A stretch of 63,524 nt of DNA, the filler included, from Deltaproteobacteria bacterium (lineage in GTDB: Bacteria; JACQOV01): NCBI GenBank assembly GCA_016202395.1. It is 5 parts of 5 records of this genome, joined end to end, with 100 filler letters (N's around TTAATTAATTAA, not from the genome) between each part and the next. Parts side by side here need not be neighbours in the genome. Positions count along the whole stretch, not along the records: positions 30,793 to 42,479 come from JACQOV010000067.1; positions 42,580 to 49,959 come from JACQOV010000072.1; 3 more parts are not named here. One strand, given 5' to 3'. Shown one piece after another: positions 37,416 through 46,203 of this stretch. The notes under the pieces were generated by a model. It ran no database searches. It saw only the letters and a program-made list of their open reading frames with translations, and was not told where the DNA came from. Position 1 is the stretch's first letter. The number at the start of each line of letters is the position of its first letter. The position numbers and the translations under genes are program-made.

Positions 37416-37964
37416 TTGAAGATACCATACCTCAAACTCTGGATTCAGGTCGTGAGGGGGCTTATTGCTTTAGCGCTCGGGATGGCCCCGATGGTAAATG
37501 CTGCGGAACCCCTGGCTCAGAAGACCGTCCTTATTCATCTCAAGACAGGGTTAGATTTGGATGATGCGCAGCTCTGTGTGGCTTACAACCAGATCTGGGC
37601 TGCCGCTGAAACGGGCCAGCGTGTCCAGGTTTTGGTGGATGCCAGTGCGGTGAAGACTTACAAAAAAGGATGGTTGGGTGGAAACGAGTTGGAAGACTAT
37701 GAGATCCCCGAGGATTTGAGAAGGATCTTGTCGAAGGAGTTTCATCTGCCTCTCGAGAAGATCCCAAGGACTTACGGCGAGTACCTTCGGATGCTTCATG
37801 CTGAGGGGGTTGAGTTTTTCATCAACTCGGAGATGCTCGTGACCTATGGCATCGAGAAAGAATATGGCAAGGTTGAGAACCTGGCCGTCGATTTCTTTAA
37901 GCCGGTTGGGATCCAGGAGGCCTTGAGGTTAGTCACCAACGCCGATATCTATTTGGTTTATTGA
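37416..37964 (+). CDS. Exported DsrE-like protein
   Basis: Signal peptide (VNA-AEP), VLIHL..VQVLVDASAV..GVEFFIN..ADIYLVY pattern; one Cys. Confidence 0.5.
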   Translation: MKIPYLKLWIQVVRGLIALALGMAPMVNAAEPLAQKTVLIHLKTGLDLDDAQLCVAYNQIWAAAETGQRVQVLVDASAVKTYKKGWLGGNELEDYEIPEDLRRILSKEFHLPLEKIPRTYGEYLRMLHAEGVEFFINSEMLVTYGIEKEYGKVENLAVDFFKPVGIQEALRLVTNADIYLVY

Positions 37965-37988
37965 TCTCTCCGAGGAAGGAGAAAGAAC

Positions 37989-38333
37989 GTGAAAGATTGG
38001 ATCTGGGTTATTTTGGCTGCCGCGGTTCTTCTCATTTGTTGCCTTGTGCCTTTCTTGAAAGCCGCTGAGCCACCGCAGGTGCCACCCTCGTTGCCCCAAG
38101 CGGCAGGGGAGAAGATCACGGTTCATATCGAGGGGTTGAGTTGTCCCCTTTGTGTTTTTGGCGTTAGTAAGCATCTGAAAAAGATCGAAGGGGTTGAGGG
38201 GGTCGATGTTTCCTTAAAAGAGGGGACTGCGGTGCTCCAGATGGATCCTTCGGCGGAGATCACCGATGAAGAGATCCAACGTGCTGTCGAGAAGGCCGGC
38301 TTTCGGGTTTCAAAGATTGAAAGAGGCCCATGA
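37989..38333 (+). CDS. Exported HMA-domain protein
   Basis: Signal peptide, IEGLSCPLC, AVEKAGF. Confidence 0.85.
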   Translation: MKDWIWVILAAAVLLICCLVPFLKAAEPPQVPPSLPQAAGEKITVHIEGLSCPLCVFGVSKHLKKIEGVEGVDVSLKEGTAVLQMDPSAEITDEEIQRAVEKAGFRVSKIERGP

Positions 38334-39217
38334 GGCTTTTGTTTCGACAGCTCCTTTTTCTTGGGTTTGCAGCTTCTTTTCTGCACGCAGGGCCGATCAG
38401 TTTCAACACCGCCATGCCAGTCCATGAAGGAGGAATTGTTGTTCGGCAACAAGCCGTTTGGGTCCAGATGCATCAGGACCCCTCCTCACTCGATCGAGAG
38501 ATGGATGTTTTCCTCTTCCCCTTCACCCTCGTTTACGGAGCCACCTCCAACCTGGCCGTGATGGGGAACTTTCCCTATCTCGACAAAGAGCTGGGGATGG
38601 GCTCCGGCGGTGTGGTTCGTGAAAACTCCGGTTGGGGGGATCTTACCACTGTGGCTCGCTACGAGATCTTTGAAAGAAACCGCCTAGGTCAAACTGTGCG
38701 AGGAGCGCTGTTTGCAGGGCTCGAGTGGCCCACTGGAAAAGACGATGAAATCGATTCCCTCGGCTTGCTGCCGCCTGATCTTCAGGTCGGCTCTGGCTCC
38801 TTCGATCTCATTGTGGGGACCGTCTGGACGGCACAGTGGCTCTCATTTCAGATCGACGCCGACCTCCTTTACACAAGAAACAACGAGGCCAACAATTTTA
38901 AATTCGGTGATGTTGTTCGGGAAGATCTTTCTTTCCAGTATCGACTGTGGCCTCGAGGGCTGAGTCCTCATGGCGTTCCCTCGTATGTGTATGGTGTTTT
39001 AGAAGCGAATAGCCTCTATCAATTTCAAAACGAAATCAGTGATGTTGGTGATGAGGATTCTGGAGGGTATCAGCTCTTTTTAACGCCTGGAGTACAGTGG
39101 GTCTCCCGGAGAACGGTTTTAGACCTTGCGGTCCAGTTGCCTACTATTCAAAACCTCCATGGCGACGCCTTAAAAACGGATTTTCAACTCGTTGCTGGAT
39201 TCCAAATCTTATTTTGA
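38330..39217 (+). CDS. Putative outer-membrane beta-barrel channel (COG4313-like)
   Basis: Signal peptide, GWGDL, PTG..QVGSGSFD, LFLTPGVQ, terminal Phe. Confidence 0.65.
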   Translation: MRLLFRQLLFLGFAASFLHAGPISFNTAMPVHEGGIVVRQQAVWVQMHQDPSSLDREMDVFLFPFTLVYGATSNLAVMGNFPYLDKELGMGSGGVVRENSGWGDLTTVARYEIFERNRLGQTVRGALFAGLEWPTGKDDEIDSLGLLPPDLQVGSGSFDLIVGTVWTAQWLSFQIDADLLYTRNNEANNFKFGDVVREDLSFQYRLWPRGLSPHGVPSYVYGVLEANSLYQFQNEISDVGDEDSGGYQLFLTPGVQWVSRRTVLDLAVQLPTIQNLHGDALKTDFQLVAGFQILF

Positions 39218-39300
39218 GATGACGGGGACATCTCGTATTATAACGGGGACTCTATAATGGGGTCCGCTCCAAGTAGTAAATGCTTGAACGGGACCCCGAG

Positions 39301-39737
39301 TCATTTTTTCTCGTTGAGGCTCCAGTTGTACGGGATGAAGGAGAGACGATAACCCTCTTTCTCCAACAGTTCCCGTTCTTCTTTCGGCAGATACGGCTCG
39401 ATGAAATTTTCCAAACTCCCAGATTTTCTTACAAAATCCTCTGGATGACAGCGGCGTTGTAGGCGTTAGTCCAGAAGACCATTTTTTGCTCACCGGACCA
39501 ACTCGCGTAATCGGGAGTTGTTACCTTCTCCAACTCCTGAATGAATTCCCTCAACTTTCCAGAGGTTACCTGAAGCGCGCGATAGTCGACAATCTCCGCA
39601 GTGACCACAGGGGAGAGGGCCTCCTTCCAAAGGCGGTACTGGTGATCGAATGCCAGCACCGCCGGGGCGCGTAAGGTCAGCAGGGAAAAAATAACAACAG
39701 CAAGCCGCCGAGACTTCATAGGGTTCATGTTTTTCAC
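39301..39737 (-). pseudogene. DUF547-family gene with internal deletion and frameshift
   Basis: N-part FDH..VDYRAL..FWTNAYNA..QRIL stops at 39429; another frame gives EDFVRKSGSLENFIEPYL..YNWSLNEKK* ending 39301. Confidence 0.8.
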
Positions 39738-39886
39738 TTAAGCTGCGCAGGACCTACAGCTACTATTTGCAGAGGCGGAATAAACAAGCCCCACCACAAT
39801 GACGACCATGAAAAGAGGATTGTTAGCCTTATGGGCACCCTTGTCTTTTGCATTGACATTTCAAAAATAGATGCTAAAATTGCAGT

Positions 39887-41146
39887 ATGATTGCAAGGGA
39901 AATCGAGAGTTGGCTTAGAGAGGTTGCCGAGCGACCCCAGGTTATTCACCTTTTTGGCCTTCGGCAAACCGGTAAAACCACCCTTATGGAGGCCTTTCGA
40001 AGCCAGGACTACCCTGATTCTCTTTATTACCCTCTCTATGACCTTGTGACTTTGAGGCGGTATGAAGGTCAACCGGATCGGTGGGTTTTGGAGTTAGAGG
40101 AGGCATTGAAGCAAAAATCGGGGGAGCGGCTTCAGGTTTTTGTGGACGAGGTGCAAAAAATCCCTGCCTTTTTTCAGGCCATCCAGGGGCTTTACGAGCG
40201 GTACAAAGGGAAGATCAAATTTTGGATCTGGGGGTCTTCTGCCAGGCCTCTGAAACGTCAGAGGGCTGAAACATTGGCGGGGCGAAGTTTATCGAAGGTT
40301 TTGTGGCCCCTCTCTCAATCAGAGATCTTGCAGAAGCAGAGTCGTCTTCCGTGTCTCTTCGATCCCCATCAGTTGAAACGAGAATTACAACTCGAAGAGC
40401 CCAGAGATTACAACCGCTTTTTATCTCGCGTGCTACAACAAACGATGCTTCCAGAACCTCATCTTTTGGAGAGACTCTCGGAGGCTCAAGACCTCCTTCA
40501 GGCCTATCAAGCCACTTATCTCGAAAACGAGATCCGTCGAGAGAATCTGGTCGGGGATATTGGGGTATTCGAGCAATTCTTGGCGTTGGCGGCTAGTGAG
40601 GATACCTCGGTCGTGAACTATTCCTCTAAAGCCAAGGTTTTAGGGATCAGCCCTCATACCGTCAGAACTTATTATGGGATCTTGGAAGACACCTTTGTTT
40701 GTACTCCGATTCCGGCATATAGCCGGTCGCTGCGTGTGCAAATCAGTAAAAGCCCCAAAATTTACTTTATCGATACTGGTTTCGCCCGATTTATATCTGG
40801 GGAAAGAGGGTCGCCTCCTGAGGGCAGTCCCTCTTTCGGCAGTCTTGTGGAAGGGTTTGTCATGAATGAAATCATCAAACAAGTTGAATACAACAGTTTG
40901 CCATGGAGGTTGTCGTATTTGAGAACCAAAACGGGATTGGAGGTCGATGTGATTCTCTCGCAAGGTTCCCAAAAGGTTGCCGCTGAGATCAAATCCACTC
41001 ATCGCGTGACGCCCCAAGATTGGAAGCCAATCCAGATGCTGATGGATCTCGATCCCGATATCCAGCATGGGATTATTTTTTCGCGACAATCGGCTCCTTT
41101 GGAGTTAGCTCCAAGAATCTATAACTTTCCGATCTGGAATCTATAG
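39887..41146 (+). CDS. AAA_14 ATPase with DUF4143 C-terminal domain
   Basis: GLRQTGKTT, FVDEVQK, GSS, LAGR, PKIYFIDTG, EVDVIL..AEIKS. Confidence 0.88.
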   Translation: MIAREIESWLREVAERPQVIHLFGLRQTGKTTLMEAFRSQDYPDSLYYPLYDLVTLRRYEGQPDRWVLELEEALKQKSGERLQVFVDEVQKIPAFFQAIQGLYERYKGKIKFWIWGSSARPLKRQRAETLAGRSLSKVLWPLSQSEILQKQSRLPCLFDPHQLKRELQLEEPRDYNRFLSRVLQQTMLPEPHLLERLSEAQDLLQAYQATYLENEIRRENLVGDIGVFEQFLALAASEDTSVVNYSSKAKVLGISPHTVRTYYGILEDTFVCTPIPAYSRSLRVQISKSPKIYFIDTGFARFISGERGSPPEGSPSFGSLVEGFVMNEIIKQVEYNSLPWRLSYLRTKTGLEVDVILSQGSQKVAAEIKSTHRVTPQDWKPIQMLMDLDPDIQHGIIFSRQSAPLELAPRIYNFPIWNL

Positions 41147-41151
41147 GCCCT

Positions 41152-42330
41152 TTAATTCTGACTTAGCTGATAAACCTTCAATCGCAGATTAGAATCGGTT
41201 GCCCCCTGGCCATCCGTCTCCCCTTCGCCGTAAACGACATAGATTTTATCCCCGACAATGACCAGTGAGGGATGCTTCCCCTCTGTCTCTCCGCTGTTGA
41301 TCTCGACTTCTGCAAGCTCTTCGAGATCGGAATCGAACACTTTCAGATGGAGGATGCCTCCCCCCTCTTGAGGAGCCTCACTCTGATCGCCGATCTGGGG
41401 ATCGTTGGTGACATTGTAGGCCACATAGAATTTTCCATCCGCGTATTTAAAACCGGTGGGATAGAACTCCACATTGGGATCATCGGTAATGATCTTTTCA
41501 AACTCAGTGGAAGTCCAATCCGCATTGTACTTTAGAACTACGAGATCGTTGTTAGTGTCGTCATTCGCAGCAGGACCCACAGGGGGTCCGGAGATGTGCA
41601 CCGTTGTGACAAAATAAAAGAGATTGTCCAAAAAGAGGGCGCTATTCACATTTCCAAGCCCGACGTCGAGCCCTGTCGAGATTTCAAAAGTATTTCCGGT
41701 GGCATTGAGATCCAGATCAAACTCTCGCGCGCGGTATTGAGGCACGTCCACTTCGTGACCGGTTTTTGTGATGACATAGATGAGATCATCGACAACAACA
41801 ATCTCGGGGTCGTCGAGCGCCTCAATCCCTTTGGCCGGCTCTCCCGCCGTCGCTACCAGCGTGGTCGCCAGTGTTTCAAACGACGCGTCGTATTTTGAGA
41901 GGAAGAGATTTCGTCCGTCGCTGAAAGCCTTTTCGTAGGCGGCGTAGACGAACGTTCCGTCATCGTCAACTCGAATGTCGGTGACCCCGCCGTCGTCATC
42001 GAGGGTCACGAGAGTTTTTTCAATTCCTGTAGAATTTAAGGAGCTATCCAGAACCTTCAAGCGAAAACTTCCGTTGGTGACAGAGGTGTCGCGGTAAATA
42101 ATCGGGAATTGATCATTAAAGTAGAGAATTTCAGGGCGCGCCCCTCCTTCTTCTTCAGAGGTGGTGATGTTCTCTAAGGATTGAATGAGGGAGAGGCTCC
42201 AGCTGCTGCTCGATCCTCCGTCTGTGGGATTCCCAGGATCCGCCGTAGAAGGTGAATCTGACGACCCTCCACATCCCGCTAATTCAAGAAGAACGCACAG
42301 GAGCACAAAATATCTCATTGGGGTATCCAT
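41152..42330 (-). CDS. Acidic lipoprotein of unknown function, probably beta-propeller-like
   Basis: Lipobox LAGC, Ser/Gly linker, repeated P-x-I-V..(I/F)YVxY blades; alternative start 42318. Confidence 0.6.
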   Translation of the reverse strand: MDTPMRYFVLLCVLLELAGCGGSSDSPSTADPGNPTDGGSSSSWSLSLIQSLENITTSEEEGGARPEILYFNDQFPIIYRDTSVTNGSFRLKVLDSSLNSTGIEKTLVTLDDDGGVTDIRVDDDGTFVYAAYEKAFSDGRNLFLSKYDASFETLATTLVATAGEPAKGIEALDDPEIVVVDDLIYVITKTGHEVDVPQYRAREFDLDLNATGNTFEISTGLDVGLGNVNSALFLDNLFYFVTTVHISGPPVGPAANDDTNNDLVVLKYNADWTSTEFEKIITDDPNVEFYPTGFKYADGKFYVAYNVTNDPQIGDQSEAPQEGGGILHLKVFDSDLEELAEVEINSGETEGKHPSLVIVGDKIYVVYGEGETDGQGATDSNLRLKVYQLSQN

Positions 42331-42374
42331 GGCCCTCTTAAAAATAACACTTCCCTTGAAGAAGGCAAAGGTAT

Positions 42375-42479
42375 TGTACTGGACGGGTACATCGGTAACA
42401 CTTTATGATGTTGGTAATGGAAGGCGATGGGGGTTTGATATCCCAGGGCCTGATGGGGTCGATGGAAGTTATATTCAAT
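42375..42479 (-). mobile_element. Right end of an IS481-like element (transposase C-terminus and terminal IR)
   Basis: Minus frame IEYNFHRPHQALGYQTP (integrase-core C-terminal motif, not in the ORF track); IR TGTACTGGACGGGTACATCGGTAACA at 42375-42400. Confidence 0.8.
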
Positions 42480-42579
42480 NNNNNNNNNNNNNNNNNNNNN
42501 NNNNNNNNNNNNNNNNNNNNNNNTTAATTAATTAANNNNNNNNNNNNNNNNNNNNNNNNNNNNNNNNNNNNNNNNNNNN
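42480..42579. other. Artificial contig spacer
   Basis: N44-TTAATTAATTAA-N44. Confidence 0.98.
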
Positions 42580-42581
42580 GC

Positions 42582-42655
<74 letters not shown>

Positions 42656-42676
42656 TATTTAAACCCGTATTTAAAT

Positions 42677-43588
42677 ATGTACAATGTTCTTGTTATTGAT
42701 GATTCTCAACTTCTTCGGAGTAATCTTGTAAGGATCCTTTCCGACACAGGTCTCCTCCATCAAGTTTATGAGGCCCAGGATGGGGAAGAGGGGCTTCGAT
42801 ATCTTCGAACGCAAAAAATCGATTTAGTTCTGACAGATTTGGCTATGCCCAAAGCCAATGGTTTTGTTTTTTTAGAATCCAAGGAGAAAGACCCGAAGAT
42901 TCGAAATATTCCTGTCATCATCATTACGGGAAGCGTTGAGATCGAAACCAAGGTTCTAGGGTTTGAGTCGGGGGCGGTGGACTATATCACGAAGCCGTTC
43001 GAGCCGGCAGAGCTGATTGGTCGGGTGAAGGCTCAACTCAAAATCAAAAGTTTACAGGACGAGCTGCGGGAGGCCAATCAGCGTTTAGAGATACTTTCAA
43101 CGATTGATGAACTCACGCAAGTTTATAATCGCCGGCATTTCATAGCCCTCTTTGACAAGGAGCTTAAAAGGGCTCAACGGTACCTGCTTCCCCTCTGTTG
43201 CATTATGGGGGATATCGATTACTTTAAAAAGGTTAACGATCAATACGGTCATATTGCGGGAGATCAGGTGCTAGTCTCCATAACGCAAACCCTTAAGAGC
43301 ACGTTGCGAGAGGTCGATATTTTGGGGCGTTATGGCGGGGAGGAGATGATTTTTTTGCTTCCCGAGACCGACCTGAAACAGGGTTTGGAGGTTGCAGAGA
43401 GGATACGCCAAAGCGTGGAGGCCACTTCCGTACCGATCCGCCCTGACAAAGAGGTAAAGATCACTTTGAGTTTGGGAGTGGCTGCGTTTCCGAATGCCGA
43501 GATCAAAGGCATTGATGATTTTATTCGCCGAGCGGATGAGGCGCTGTATCGAGCGAAGGAGAAGGGCCGCAACCGCGTCGAAAGTTAA
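42677..43588 (+). CDS. REC-GGDEF diguanylate cyclase
   Basis: REC domain, coiled coil, DELT..NRR, DIDYFKKVND, RxxD I-site, RYGGEEM. Confidence 0.92.
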   Translation: MYNVLVIDDSQLLRSNLVRILSDTGLLHQVYEAQDGEEGLRYLRTQKIDLVLTDLAMPKANGFVFLESKEKDPKIRNIPVIIITGSVEIETKVLGFESGAVDYITKPFEPAELIGRVKAQLKIKSLQDELREANQRLEILSTIDELTQVYNRRHFIALFDKELKRAQRYLLPLCCIMGDIDYFKKVNDQYGHIAGDQVLVSITQTLKSTLREVDILGRYGGEEMIFLLPETDLKQGLEVAERIRQSVEATSVPIRPDKEVKITLSLGVAAFPNAEIKGIDDFIRRADEALYRAKEKGRNRVES

Positions 43589-43593
43589 CCTCC

Positions 43594-43680
43594 TGTCATT
43601 GCGAGCGACCCCGCTTTGGCGGGGGAGCGAAGCAATCTCCTTGCAAGGGGATTGCTTCGCCCTTCGGGCTCGCAATGACA
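43594..43680. repeat. TGTCATTGCGAG..CTCGCAATGACA palindromic element between convergent genes
   Basis: Same family as 19382-19450, with different inner hairpins (CCCCGC-TTTG-GCGGGG; GCCC-TTC-GGGC). Confidence 0.88.
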
Positions 43681-43688
43681 GATCCAAC

Positions 43689-45014
43689 TTAGCTCCTCCC
43701 TTTTTGCCTTAGCTTCGTAAGTCGCTCCGCCATCGTTTTTTCGTATCCTTGCTCCGAAAGAGGGTAATATCTCCTGTCCGCTAACGCTTCTGGAAGATAA
43801 TTCTCTTCAACATAATGCTCGGAATGGTCATGGGGATATTGATATCCTTTTCCGTAACCGATCTCTTTCATGAGAGTGGTGACAGGGTTTCGGAGCTTGA
43901 GCGGTGTGGGCAAAGCCCCTTTCTCTGTAACATCTTTTTTGGCCTCTTTGTAGGCGGCATACGAGGCATTACTCTTGGGAGCCAGCGCCAGATAGGTGGC
44001 CGTTTGAGCCAAAGGGATCCATCCTTCCGCTTGTCCCACAAAATCGTAAGCTTGCATTCCAGCCACCGCTACTTGAAGCGCTTGGGGATCCGCATTGCCG
44101 ACATCTTCGGAGGCAAAAATCACCATCCGACGCGCAATAAACAAGGGGTCTTCCCCCGCCTCGTACATCCGGGCCAAATAATAGATTGTGGCGTCGGGAT
44201 CGCTCCCTCTCATACTTTTTATAAAAGCGGAGATCACATTGTAATGCTCTTCCCCTTTCTTGTCGTAGAGGAGGTTGGGCTGTTGGACCGCCTCTTCGGC
44301 TTGCTGAATCCCAATCTTTACGGTTCCCACTTTTTTAGAAGCCGCTGAGACGGCCACCTCTAAAGCATTTAGGGCAACACGGGCGTCTCCATGAGCCCAG
44401 AGACTCAAATGATCTAAGGCCTCCTTGGAGATCTCGATTTTGATCCGACCCAACCCTCGCTCGGGATCTTCAACGGCTCTCCTCAGCAAGGACTGAATTT
44501 CCTCCTCAGAAAGAGGGTGGAAGGTGAGAACTTTACATCGAGAGAGAAGCGCCGAGATCACCTCAAAGGAAGGATTTTCGGTTGTGGCTCCGATGAGTGT
44601 GATCGTCCCGTTTTCAATATGAGGGAGAAAGGCATCTTGCTGAGCTTTGTTGAACCGGAGGATTTCGTCGACAAAAAGAAGAGTCGCGCGACCGTAGAGC
44701 CGAAATTGATTCTTGGCTTCGTCAATCACTTCTCGAATCTCTTTCACACCAGAGAGAACCGCCGAGAAACTCATGAGGTGAGCTTTTTTCGATTGCGAAA
44801 GGATGCGAGCCAAAGTCGTTTTTCCGCAACCGGGGGGGCCCCAAAGGATAAGAGAGGGGAGCTTTTCTGTTTTAAAAAGGGTGTGAAGAAAGTGACCCGG
44901 AGCGGTGAGATGCGTTTGCCCCACAAATTCCTCTAGGGTTCGTGGTCGCATCCGGTCGGCCAGCGGCGCCTGCCTTTCGCGTCTCTTTTCCCCTTGTGCC
45001 TCAAAAAGCTCCAT
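43689..45014 (-). CDS. rarA: Replication-associated recombination protein A
   Basis: PLADRMRP, WGPPGCGKTT, GATTENPSF, SAFIKSMRGSDPDA, ASEDVG. Confidence 0.95.
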   Translation of the reverse strand: MELFEAQGEKRRERQAPLADRMRPRTLEEFVGQTHLTAPGHFLHTLFKTEKLPSLILWGPPGCGKTTLARILSQSKKAHLMSFSAVLSGVKEIREVIDEAKNQFRLYGRATLLFVDEILRFNKAQQDAFLPHIENGTITLIGATTENPSFEVISALLSRCKVLTFHPLSEEEIQSLLRRAVEDPERGLGRIKIEISKEALDHLSLWAHGDARVALNALEVAVSAASKKVGTVKIGIQQAEEAVQQPNLLYDKKGEEHYNVISAFIKSMRGSDPDATIYYLARMYEAGEDPLFIARRMVIFASEDVGNADPQALQVAVAGMQAYDFVGQAEGWIPLAQTATYLALAPKSNASYAAYKEAKKDVTEKGALPTPLKLRNPVTTLMKEIGYGKGYQYPHDHSEHYVEENYLPEALADRRYYPLSEQGYEKTMAERLTKLRQKGRS

Positions 45015-45107
45015 CCTGCAAAAAGCATAACACTCCGATTGAATGGAGTCTATAAGAGAACCTCTGTTTGCGAGGAACGGGAAGTTATGTTAGGATTTCC
45101 CCTACTT

Positions 45108-45965
45108 ATGAAGCGGATTGGACTGATTCTTAAGAGGGAAAAGAAAGAGGCTGTGGCTTTGGCTCGAACCGTTTTGGATTGGGCCCAAAAGAACAGAATT
45201 GAGGTTTTCTTGGAGCCGGAGGGGGCTCAAACCGCAGGAGTCCCAAAACTTGCCACTCCCCCCGACGAGCTCAAAAAGAGGATCGATCTGATGGTGGTTT
45301 TGGGAGGAGATGGGACCTTACTCGCGGCAGTCCGAATGCTTTTGGGTTCCAGTGTCCCTATTCTGGGTGTGAACCTTGGCGGGTTGGGTTTTCTAACGGC
45401 GGTTTCGACCGATGGCTTTCTAAATTGTTTGGAGCTGACTTTGCAAGGGAAGTCTAAGATCGAAAATCGGATGATGCTCACTGCCGTTGTGTTCAGGGGA
45501 GGAAAAAAGATCGCCGAGAATTATGCGCTGAACGATGCGGTGATCCACACGGGGCAACTGGCTCGAATGATTGAACTAGAGGTTCGTATCCAATCCGATA
45601 AAGTGACTCACCTCATGGCCGATGGTCTGATCTTTGCGACCCCCACCGGTTCAACGGCCTACAATCTCTCTGCGGGAGGGCCAATTGTTTATCCGACGGA
45701 AGAGGTCATCGTGATGACCCCGATTTGTCCTCATATCCTGTCGAACCGTCCCATTATTTTCCCTGCAGATACGGAAATTGAGGTGAAGATAGGGGAGATG
45801 GGGGAGAGAAGGCTTTTAACGCTGGATGGCCAAACAGGGGTTTCTTTAGAGCCGGGGGATCTTGTTCAAGTGAAGAAGTCTGTTCATCGAACGCGACTGA
45901 TCATGCCTCCAGATAAAACTTATTACGAGATTTTAAGGACAAAACTCAGCTGGGCCGAACGGTGA
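45108..45965 (+). CDS. nadK: NAD kinase
   Basis: LGGDGTLL, GVNLGGLGFL, ALND, DGLIFATPTGSTAY; start set at MKRIG. Confidence 0.95.
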   Translation: MKRIGLILKREKKEAVALARTVLDWAQKNRIEVFLEPEGAQTAGVPKLATPPDELKKRIDLMVVLGGDGTLLAAVRMLLGSSVPILGVNLGGLGFLTAVSTDGFLNCLELTLQGKSKIENRMMLTAVVFRGGKKIAENYALNDAVIHTGQLARMIELEVRIQSDKVTHLMADGLIFATPTGSTAYNLSAGGPIVYPTEEVIVMTPICPHILSNRPIIFPADTEIEVKIGEMGERRLLTLDGQTGVSLEPGDLVQVKKSVHRTRLIMPPDKTYYEILRTKLSWAER

Positions 45966-45971
45966 ATTTAC

Positions 45972-46188
45972 CTGGAAAATATCCTTTTCGTTCGCGCACA
46001 AAATTTTGGACCCCTCTAAGCTCGGCTCGCTCGATTTCTGAACTCGCCCCTTTGGGGCTCAAACAGCAGAAATCGGCCCTTTCCCGCCTTTGGCGGGACC
46101 CCGCCAAAGGCGGTTGGCGGGCTCGCTCACTCTCGCTAAGAGGGGTGCCCCAAAATTTTGTGAAGCTCTCTCAAAGGATATTTTCCAG
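45972..46188. repeat. Nested palindromic element, family A copy 3
   Basis: 16-bp perfect IR CTGGAAAATATCCTTT..AAAGGATATTTTCCAG; interior matches reverse complement of 4-148 plus an extra CCGCCTTTGGCGG hairpin module. Confidence 0.85.
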
Positions 46189-46203
46189 ATTCATTTCGCA
46201 ACC

